Source: an uncultured Saprospiraceae bacterium
GTDB lineage: Bacteria > Bacteroidota > Bacteroidia > Chitinophagales > Saprospiraceae
DNA: 64,000 nucleotides
NCBI GenBank assembly: GCA_964484205.1
Contig: CAZAEZ010000009.1
Span: forward strand, 24,035-88,034
Direction: 5' to 3'
The notes below the pieces were generated by a model, which was given only the letters and a program-made list of their open reading frames with translations, was not told where the DNA came from and made no database searches. Made by a program: the position numbers and the translations under genes. Of the stretch, positions 10,446-17,777 are shown in pieces (position 1 is the stretch's first letter; every line of letters begins with the position of its first letter).

Positions 10446-11303
10446 CTACTTCTGCCCTCCAAGACAAAACCCCACACTCGCCGCCACCAATTCCCGCGCT
10501 GTGGCCGGCAAATCCGCCTCCGGATACGGGTGCCGCCCGCCAAACACATGATCGGCGCCTTCGATCAGGCGCAACTCCGCCGCCGGGTTCCAGGCCTGAA
10601 GCCTGCGCGCCGCTGAAGGCGGTACCGAGCTGTCGGCACTGCCGTGCAGGATTAGCATGGGAATAGTCAATTCGCGCAATGCCGCGGGTAAATCAAAACG
10701 CGCGGCATTTTTTTCAAAATCCTCATAAAGTTGAAAATACAGCGGCATTTGCTGGCCGGTGCGGGCGTTGGGGATGAATAACACCCCGTTTTTGCGCCAG
10801 GTTTCAATCAATTCGGGGCGGCCGTACCAAAGGAAATCCAGCCCGTCGACGGATGCCCAGGTAATAAGCCGGTGGATGCGGGCATCTTCCCGGGCTGCAA
10901 CGATGGCTATACCGCCACCGCGGCTATGCCCGATCAGGGTCAGGCGCGTCGGGTCGGTCGGGTATTGGCGTTGGGTTTCCGGCCGGTGCAGCCAGTCGAT
11001 GACGGCACGGATATCGGCCAATTCCCGGCTGTAGTTGTTTTGGCCGAAGGCTTCGAGATCGACAAAATCTTCGGGCTGCTCCGGTGTTACGCCGTTGTGC
11101 GAAAAATTGCAGCGCAAAAAAGCGATGCCGGCGGTAGCAAAGGCTTCTGCGGCCAGATGCCACCAGCCCCAATCCTTGAAGCCTTTGAAGCCGTGGAAAA
11201 AGACGGCAAGGGGCGGCGGGCTCGCGGGGTTTTCGGGGTAGTGCAGGTCCAGCAAGACGGGTTTGCCGGAGGCGGACGGGAGGCTGATGTTTGACTTGAC
11301 CAT
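10446..11303 (-). CDS. alpha/beta hydrolase (serine hydrolase fold)
   Basis: 285 aa. Nucleophile elbow 'GHSRGG'. 'LILHGSADSSVP' and a late 'GADHVF' are consistent with a Ser-Asp-His triad. Confidence 0.8.
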   Translation of the reverse strand: MVKSNISLPSASGKPVLLDLHYPENPASPPPLAVFFHGFKGFKDWGWWHLAAEAFATAGIAFLRCNFSHNGVTPEQPEDFVDLEAFGQNNYSRELADIRAVIDWLHRPETQRQYPTDPTRLTLIGHSRGGGIAIVAAREDARIHRLITWASVDGLDFLWYGRPELIETWRKNGVLFIPNARTGQQMPLYFQLYEDFEKNAARFDLPAALRELTIPMLILHGSADSSVPPSAARRLQAWNPAAELRLIEGADHVFGGRHPYPEADLPATARELVAASVGFCLGGQK

Positions 11304-11555
11304 AGTTCAAAGTTAGGGATTATGGGCTGGATGGATCGGGTTTTGCAGGGTAAAACAGCGTAGTCCGGTTACAGGCCCCGATTGGTTCAAGTGGTTCAAT
11401 TTTGATACTTTTGATCCGGTTTTTTAACGTGATGCCGCGTGCATTGTCGGCGTGACTTCGAGTCACGCCGACAATCAACCAATCACCTTTCAAACCAATT
11501 TCTATCCGGTTTAATCCCGGTTGCCCACCCCCGTCTGCTAACAAACAACCTGCAA

Positions 11556-13736
11556 ATGAAAAACGTACTTACACTGCTGTTTTTTGCCCTGCTCACTTTT
11601 TCCACCCAAGCCCAAAACAACTACGCCGAAGCCATCCAGCAAGGCGATGCCGCCCTGCGCCGCGGGCAGTACAAAACCGCGATCAACAAATATTTTGCGG
11701 CGGAGGCGTTTGACCCGTCGAAGAAGGCGGTGGTGCAGGGGAAGGTGAACAAGGCGTTTGATGCGATTGAGGGGTTGCGGCGGCAGGCGGAAAATGCGCT
11801 GAGTCAGGTAAAAGCCGAACAGGCAAAAACCAAAGAAGCGCTTCTGCAGGCTGAGCAGGCAAAAGGGGAAGCCCTGGCTGCGCAGGCCAAAACACAGGCC
11901 GCCCTGGCCAAAGCGGACAAACTGATTAATGCTTTTTACTTTTATGAAGACAAGTTTGCGCTGGCGTATAAGAACAACCGCTTTTATTTTATTGATAAAA
12001 ACGGCGATGAAATACCCAAACTCCGCCGTTGGGAAAAAGCCGAGCAGTTTGATGACAGGGGTTTCGCCAAAGTAAGCGACCGCGATAAAATTTACCTGCT
12101 GGATACCTTGGGAAACACATACCGTATTGCCTACGATGTTCAGGACCTGGAGCCGGAAGTTACCGCATTGGACCTGTCGGGCAAACGCCTCCCGGAAATC
12201 CCAGCCGTTGTTTTTCAGCATACGCAGTTGAAAATTCTATTCTTGTCGAACAACAAGTTGGAACGCTTGCCGCCACAGATCGGGAACTTGCAGGCCCTGA
12301 TCATCCTGGACTTGAATGAGAACAAACTCACGCAACTTCCGGATGAAATTGGGAGGCTAAAAAATCTAACTGCCTTAAGGGTATCAAAAAATACCCTGAA
12401 AACGCTTCCGGCCCAAATCGGGCAATTGAATCAACTGTCGGCGCTCAATTTATGGACAAACAATCTGGAAGACTTGCCACCTGAAATCGGCAACCTGTAC
12501 AACCTGGAACACTTGGATCTGGTTAACAACCAACTTGCAAGTATTCCACCGGCAATTGGAAATCTAAAGAAACTGACTGTTTTAAGTCTGTCTTTTAATG
12601 CCCTGACCACGCTGCCACTGGCGATCGGCACCTTGAGAAACCTGAAAACCCTCGACTTAACGAGCAACAAGCTGGAATATCTGCCGGATGAAATAGGCAA
12701 TCTGACTAATTTAACCCGCTTGAGAATAAGCAACAATAAATTCAACGTGCTGCCGCCGGCAATTTGCAAGTTGAAAAAATTAGTCGTACTCGACATCGGA
12801 AACAATGCACTGACTTCCCTCCCGCCGGATATCAAGGATTTGGAAAATCTGGAGGATTTGAATATTTGGAGTAACGACATCAGCAGCCTTCCGGGAGAAA
12901 TTTGTAGTTTAAACCAATTAGTCAAGTTGCAATTAGGGGCAAATCGTCTCAATGACCTGCCGGTAGAAATCGGGAATTTGCAAAATTTGGCAGTGCTCGA
13001 CCTGTGGGGAAACCCCATCGGCTATCTACCCGATCAACTTGGCGAGTTGAACCAATTAACCCAGCTTCGCCTGGCTGTAACCTCGTTTCTGGACTTTCCC
13101 AAGGCTATATCGATTATCGGAAAACTCACCAATTTGCACAATCTGAGACTCAATATTAGGGATCTGACAGCACTCCCACCCGAAATCGTTACCCTAAAAA
13201 ATCTCACCAGCCTGGACCTGGGTAACAACAACAAAATGGATATCACACAAGTATTGCTGGCCATTAAAGACCTCGATCAAATAACTGAATTAAATCTGAT
13301 CCTCAACGACTTAACCAGCCTGCCGCCTGAAATCGGCGACTTGGAGGGCTTGGAAGAATTGTATCTCGGGCACAATAGACTCACCCACCTACCCGCTGAA
13401 CTCAGTAAGCTTAAGAAACTGAACCGCCTGGATTTGAATTACAATAAAAATCTTGACTTACCAGCTGCATTAACTATCCTCCGGACGCTACCGCAATTTA
13501 CACGTTTGGATCTGGTCAATATTGACATAACAGAGCTTCCTGCCGAACTTGGGACCTTGGAGAATCTGACCAATCTTGATCTTAGTTTCATTGAAAACCT
13601 AAACCCCGGCCAGGCTCTGCAAGTTGTAAAACAACTTCCTAACCTGAAATATCTCAACCTTCAGGGCATCCCAATCCCCGAAGCCGACCGGGATGTCTTC
13701 AAACGAAGCTTGCCCCGCTGCGAAATCAACTTCTGA
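11556..13736 (+). CDS. secreted leucine-rich-repeat protein, paralog 1 (signal peptide, TPR-like hairpin, coiled-coil, WG-like repeats, about 21 LRRs)
   Basis: ATG 11556 gives 'MKNVLTLLFFALLTFSTQAQ'. A conserved module 'NNYAEAIQQGDAALRRGQYKTAINKYFAAEAFDPSKK' follows. 'FYFIDKNGDEIPKLRRWEKAEQFDDRGFAKV' is WG-repeat-like. Then come ~23-aa LxxLxxLxLxxNxLxxLPxxIGxL repeats to the C-terminus. Confidence 0.85.
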   Translation: MKNVLTLLFFALLTFSTQAQNNYAEAIQQGDAALRRGQYKTAINKYFAAEAFDPSKKAVVQGKVNKAFDAIEGLRRQAENALSQVKAEQAKTKEALLQAEQAKGEALAAQAKTQAALAKADKLINAFYFYEDKFALAYKNNRFYFIDKNGDEIPKLRRWEKAEQFDDRGFAKVSDRDKIYLLDTLGNTYRIAYDVQDLEPEVTALDLSGKRLPEIPAVVFQHTQLKILFLSNNKLERLPPQIGNLQALIILDLNENKLTQLPDEIGRLKNLTALRVSKNTLKTLPAQIGQLNQLSALNLWTNNLEDLPPEIGNLYNLEHLDLVNNQLASIPPAIGNLKKLTVLSLSFNALTTLPLAIGTLRNLKTLDLTSNKLEYLPDEIGNLTNLTRLRISNNKFNVLPPAICKLKKLVVLDIGNNALTSLPPDIKDLENLEDLNIWSNDISSLPGEICSLNQLVKLQLGANRLNDLPVEIGNLQNLAVLDLWGNPIGYLPDQLGELNQLTQLRLAVTSFLDFPKAISIIGKLTNLHNLRLNIRDLTALPPEIVTLKNLTSLDLGNNNKMDITQVLLAIKDLDQITELNLILNDLTSLPPEIGDLEGLEELYLGHNRLTHLPAELSKLKKLNRLDLNYNKNLDLPAALTILRTLPQFTRLDLVNIDITELPAELGTLENLTNLDLSFIENLNPGQALQVVKQLPNLKYLNLQGIPIPEADRDVFKRSLPRCEINF

Positions 13737-13830
13737 AAAATCTATACACTTTAACCCGAGGCGGTTCACCAACGTTACCTTTACGTGCATTGCAATAGCT
13801 GCCAGCCCAATACAAATCACAACTTTCGCC

Positions 13831-14970
13831 ATGCCACAAACCACCACCGCACCCCTAGCCCAGGTAAAATGGGACGATGTCCTCGACACCCTCGACGCCC
13901 AACGCTGCGTGCTCTTCCTCGGTAGCGGCGCCCTGCCCGCTCCCGGCGGCGGCCCGGTTGAAGCCGCCCTCAGCCAATGGCTCGACGCCAACAACCCCGA
14001 GCACCCGCACATCCAGGTGTACAACCCCGACGGTTTTTTGCTGCTGCGCAAACAACGCTACCGCCGCCACGTGGTGGCCGGCATGAAAGATTTTTACAGC
14101 CAGCCCTTTCCCGAGGCCGAAACGCTGTACAGCCGCATCGCCCGCCTGCCGTTTTCGATGGTGGTTACGCTTACGCCCGACAATATCCTGGCCCGCACCT
14201 TCGACGTGCTGGGGCTCGATTACCAGCCCGATTTTTACTTCCGCAACCGCAAGGCCGGCGACCAGTTTGAAAAACCCAGCCGTCAAAAACCCCTGCTCTA
14301 CAACCTCCTGGGCAACATTGAAGAGCCGGAAAGCCTCGTGCTCACCCACGGCGATTTTTTCGACTACCTCGAATCCGTCTTCCGCGGCAACAGCATGAAC
14401 CCCGAACTGAAAGACGAACTCGAAAGCATGGAACGCTACATTTTTCTCGGCCTGCCCTATGAAAAATGGTATTTCCAATTGCTGCTGCGCGTGCTCTCGT
14501 TGCACTCCGATAAACTCAAAGAGATCGAACGGCTGGCCCTGAAGGAATTTGAAGACCCCCGCCTGCACAAAATTTACACCGAGGAATTCAAGATCGAATT
14601 TTTCCCGGCCAGCGCCGAGGAGTTTATCGCCGAACTCTACCGGCGCTGCGACGCCGACGGAATGCTCAAAGCCCTGCCCGCCACCGACCCCGCCGAAGCC
14701 GGCATCCCCGATGCCACTGCCGAACAGCTCGAAAACATGCTGGCCGAAGCCAAAACCGACGAGGCCATGCTCCACCTGAAAGTGTTTCTCGACCGGCGCA
14801 AACCCCGCAGTTATACGCTGGCCAATGCACTCGTGGTACTGCGCAACCGCCGCAACCTGCTCCGCCAGCGCGAACTGCGCGGCACCATCGACTCGCGCGA
14901 CGCTTCCGTGGAAAACAACCAGATCGTTGAGCAACTTTTAGCGTTGATCGGACAAGCCAAAACCCTTTGA
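13831..14970 (+). CDS. divergent SIR2-like (SIR2_2-type) domain protein with C-terminal EAD1-like helical domain
   Basis: ATG 13831 is preferred; the 13693 start overlaps the previous gene. The order 'VLFLGSGA', 'VVTLTPDNILARTF', 'LLYNLLGNIEEPESLVLTHGDFFDY', 'IFLGLPYEKWYF' matches the SIR2_2 block order. The C-terminal 'ALVVLRNRRNLLRQRELRGTIDSRDASVENNQIVEQLLALI' matches the effector-associated-domain pattern as I remember it. Confidence 0.65.
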   Translation: MPQTTTAPLAQVKWDDVLDTLDAQRCVLFLGSGALPAPGGGPVEAALSQWLDANNPEHPHIQVYNPDGFLLLRKQRYRRHVVAGMKDFYSQPFPEAETLYSRIARLPFSMVVTLTPDNILARTFDVLGLDYQPDFYFRNRKAGDQFEKPSRQKPLLYNLLGNIEEPESLVLTHGDFFDYLESVFRGNSMNPELKDELESMERYIFLGLPYEKWYFQLLLRVLSLHSDKLKEIERLALKEFEDPRLHKIYTEEFKIEFFPASAEEFIAELYRRCDADGMLKALPATDPAEAGIPDATAEQLENMLAEAKTDEAMLHLKVFLDRRKPRSYTLANALVVLRNRRNLLRQRELRGTIDSRDASVENNQIVEQLLALIGQAKTL

Positions 14971-16721
14971 ACGCCATGGAAAACGATACGAAAAAACAAT
15001 CCACTCCGTACCGCTACCCCGGCGTTACGCCGTTCACCACCGAGCAAAGCAGCATCTTCTTCGGTCGCCAGCGCGATACCGACGAGCTCTACCGCCTTAT
15101 CCGCCGCGAGCCGCTGGTGGTGCTCTACGGTAAAAGCGGTCTGGGAAAAAGCTCGCTCATCAATGCCGGCATCATCCCCCGCTGCCGGGAAGAGGGCTCC
15201 CACAGTCCGATCATTGTGCGCTTCGGAGCCTGGACGGAGGGCGAATCCACCACGCCCCTCGAAGCCACCAAAATTGCGCTCACCGGCGGCAAAAAAGCCG
15301 AAACCTTTCTCGACCGCCTGCTACCCGATGACAACGCACTCTGGGCCTGCGCCAAAAGCCGCCAACTGGCCGCCACGGATGTCCAGGCGCGTCCGCTCCT
15401 GCTGTTCGACCAGTTTGAAGAATTGTTCAGTTACCCGGAAGCGGAAATCGCCGCCTTTCTCAGCGACCTGGTCGAGTTGCTCAACACCGGCATTCCCCTG
15501 CGTTTTCGCCGCATGGCCGAATCCGACGACACACTGACCGATGCCGACGAGGAGCGCCTCGAAGCGCCGCTGGATGCCCGCATTGTGTTTGCCATCCGCT
15601 CCGACCGCATGCACCTGCTCGACCGGCTAAAAGACCACCTGCCCATGGTGCTGCGCCATACCTTTGAACTCAAGGCGCTGTCGCAAAAAGACGCTACCGA
15701 TGCCATCGTGGAACCGGCACGCGCTGCGGGTGATTTCGCTACGGAAACGTTTGAATTCAGTCCGGAAGCCCTCACGGCCCTGCTGACCTACCTCGCCGAC
15801 GAGCAGGACAAGGAAGGCCGCGTGGAAGGTATTCTGCTCCAGATGCTTTGCGAACATTACGAACGCAAGCTGGTCGGCGGCAAGGGCCTGCGCCGGCTCG
15901 AACAGCAGCACACCGGCAACCCCGACCAGGTGGTGCAGCAGTATTACGAAGAAAAAATACAGGTTTTGCCCGCCGACCAGCAGTTGCCCGCCCGCCGCCT
16001 GATCGAAGACGGCCTGGTGTCGGAAGGCGAAGCCATGCGCCTCAGCCTGCACGAGAGTTTTATCATCCAGGAGTTTGGCGCCGAAAAAACCTTGCTCGAG
16101 CAGTTGGTCGACAGCCGCCTGCTGCGCTCCGAACCCTTCCTGCGCGGGGGCTATACCTACGAGCTCTCCCACGACCGCCTGGTGCCGCCTGTGCTCAAAG
16201 CCCGCAGCCAGCGCCGCGAAGAGGAAGCCCGCCTCGAAGCTGCGCGCCTCGAAACGGAGCGCCAGCGCAAGCTTGAAGAAGCGCAGCGGCAGGCCGAGCA
16301 GGAGCGGCAGTTGCGTCAGCAAGCCCAGGCCGGCGAGCGCCGCGCGCGGCAACGCACCCGGTTGGCGGCCGGGGTGTCGGCAGTGGCGCTGGTGCTGGCG
16401 GCGGTGGCTTTTTGGAGTTATTCGGAGGCCCAGCGGAATGCGAAGTTGGCTACAGAAAAAAGTGAAGAGGCGGAGGCCAGCCGAAAGCGGACAGAGGAGG
16501 CTTTGAAGCAGTCTAACCGGTTTTTAGCCAAGTCGGATAAACTCAATTTTGAAAATCTTGAAGGCCGGGTCCGTGTTATTTTGAATGGACGACTTTGCCC
16601 CCCCGAAAAATGGCTCATCGAAATGCAGGAAATTACCGGACGGCATCCCGATAGCCTTCAATTAAAAATACGATTGCAGGAACTTCAGACACTTCGTAAT
16701 CAAAACCCGGATTGCAGATGA
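14967..16721 (+). CDS. nSTAND-type P-loop NTPase with C-terminal coiled-coil, single TM helix and 101-aa tail (no repeat sensor)
   Basis: 'PYRYPGVTPFTTEQSSIFFGRQRDTDEL'. Walker A 'LYGKSGLGKSSLINAGIIP' (nt 15129-15155). Walker B-like 'LLLFDQFEELF'. An R/E/Q-rich coiled-coil. TM helix 'LAAGVSAVALVLAAVAFW' (~16362-16418). TTG 14967 overlaps the upstream TGA (14968-14970); an alternative ATG is at 14976. Confidence 0.8.
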   Translation: MNAMENDTKKQSTPYRYPGVTPFTTEQSSIFFGRQRDTDELYRLIRREPLVVLYGKSGLGKSSLINAGIIPRCREEGSHSPIIVRFGAWTEGESTTPLEATKIALTGGKKAETFLDRLLPDDNALWACAKSRQLAATDVQARPLLLFDQFEELFSYPEAEIAAFLSDLVELLNTGIPLRFRRMAESDDTLTDADEERLEAPLDARIVFAIRSDRMHLLDRLKDHLPMVLRHTFELKALSQKDATDAIVEPARAAGDFATETFEFSPEALTALLTYLADEQDKEGRVEGILLQMLCEHYERKLVGGKGLRRLEQQHTGNPDQVVQQYYEEKIQVLPADQQLPARRLIEDGLVSEGEAMRLSLHESFIIQEFGAEKTLLEQLVDSRLLRSEPFLRGGYTYELSHDRLVPPVLKARSQRREEEARLEAARLETERQRKLEEAQRQAEQERQLRQQAQAGERRARQRTRLAAGVSAVALVLAAVAFWSYSEAQRNAKLATEKSEEAEASRKRTEEALKQSNRFLAKSDKLNFENLEGRVRVILNGRLCPPEKWLIEMQEITGRHPDSLQLKIRLQELQTLRNQNPDCR

Positions 16722-16804
16722 AACTGTTTTCTGTTCTATTGATCGTTATTGGAATTTCCGGGTTGGCCCAGGCCCAAAACAACTACACCCTGGTTATCCT
16801 GTAG
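16718..16804 (+). pseudogene. orphan 28-codon signal-peptide remnant of the LRR paralog family
   Basis: ATG 16718 overlaps the NTPase stop (ATGA). It translates as 'MKLFSVLLIVIGISGLAQAQNNYT' then 'LVIL' and a stop. The 24-nt stretch cccaggcccaaaacaactacaccc is identical to the LRR3 5' region, and homology ends abruptly after it. Confidence 0.55.
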
Positions 16805-16898
16805 AGCAGCCCTATCCTTCGGTCGAAGGGGAAAAGCCGGCAACGTCTCCCAAATTTCAGAATCGGATTCTACCAAAACACCCCTAACTTTACAGGAC

Positions 16899-17204
16899 AT
16901 GAAAAATCCACCAACAGCCCAAGACTTCAGCAACTATCTTTTCTGGGATGTAGAAAAGAGCAAAATCGACTTTGACAAAAGCAAAGCCTACGTCATAGAG
17001 CGGGTGCTATCGCATGGCATGTTGACGGATTGGGATATGCTTAAAATAGTCTATGGCAAAGAAATTATTCGGGAGGTGGTTTTAAATTTACGTCATCTAG
17101 ACAAATATGCCCTGCATTTCTGCGCGGCCTATTTTGACGTACCACTCGAAAATTTCAGATGCTACAACTACGCGCAATCGAACCCCGTACACTGGGACTT
17201 CTAA
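16899..17204 (+). CDS. small conserved partner (putative antitoxin) of the AbiEii-type nucleotidyltransferase
   Basis: 101 aa from ATG 16899 ('MKNPPTAQDFSNYLFWDVEKSKIDFDKSKAYVIERVLSHGMLTDWDMLK'). It overlaps the downstream toxin gene by 46 nt. The role is assigned from position and recollection of similar Bacteroidota pairs. Confidence 0.55.
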   Translation: MKNPPTAQDFSNYLFWDVEKSKIDFDKSKAYVIERVLSHGMLTDWDMLKIVYGKEIIREVVLNLRHLDKYALHFCAAYFDVPLENFRCYNYAQSNPVHWDF

Positions 17205-17773
17205 AGGCATTGATGCAAGAGTCCGTCTTAGCTGATAATTTTTTAGTTGGCGGTACGGCATTGGCACTTCAATTGGGACACCGACTTTCTGTTGATCTGG
17301 ATTTATTTACCCATACGCCTTTTAGTGCTGAGGACCTGCTTGAAAAATTGCGCGAAAAATTTACGGTCCAACCACTTACAGTAACCAACACGATTTTTAT
17401 TGCCGTCATCGAAGGCATCAAGGTGGACTGCGTTCGGTTTAAGTATCCATTTGCTTTTCCAATTTTGGATACCGACGGTATCCGTTTTGCTGACATCCGG
17501 GATATTGCGGCAATGAAATTAGACGCTGTCGCTAAACGCGGAACCAAGAAAGATTTTATTGACATGTATTACTTGTTTGAGCGCTTTTCGCCTGCTCAAA
17601 TCCTGGAATGGTATGAGCAGATGTTTCAGCATTCGACAAGCTTGCATGTTATTCGAAGCCTGACCTACTTTGAGGATGCAGAGCAAACCGAAATGCCCGT
17701 CGTATTCGATAAAAAAACAACATGGGCCGCAGTTAAAAGTCGGATGGTCAACGTTGTCAGAAATAATTTTTAG
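17159..17773 (+). CDS. nucleotidyltransferase AbiEii/AbiGii toxin-family protein
   Basis: 'LVGGTALALQLGHRLSVDLDLF' (NTase G-x / DxD region) and 'DIAAMKLDAVAKRGTKKDFIDMYYL' are typical of the AbiEii (DUF1814) family. Confidence 0.75.
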   Translation: MLQLRAIEPRTLGLLKALMQESVLADNFLVGGTALALQLGHRLSVDLDLFTHTPFSAEDLLEKLREKFTVQPLTVTNTIFIAVIEGIKVDCVRFKYPFAFPILDTDGIRFADIRDIAAMKLDAVAKRGTKKDFIDMYYLFERFSPAQILEWYEQMFQHSTSLHVIRSLTYFEDAEQTEMPVVFDKKTTWAAVKSRMVNVVRNNF

Positions 17774-17777
17774 CAAC

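Noticed and set aside
13693-13830. Upstream start (13693) for the SIR2-like gene.
   Set aside because: It would overlap the LRR1 C-terminus by 44 nt and add a non-conserved extension. ATG 13831 ('MPQTTT...KWDDVLDTL') gives an N-terminus typical for the domain.
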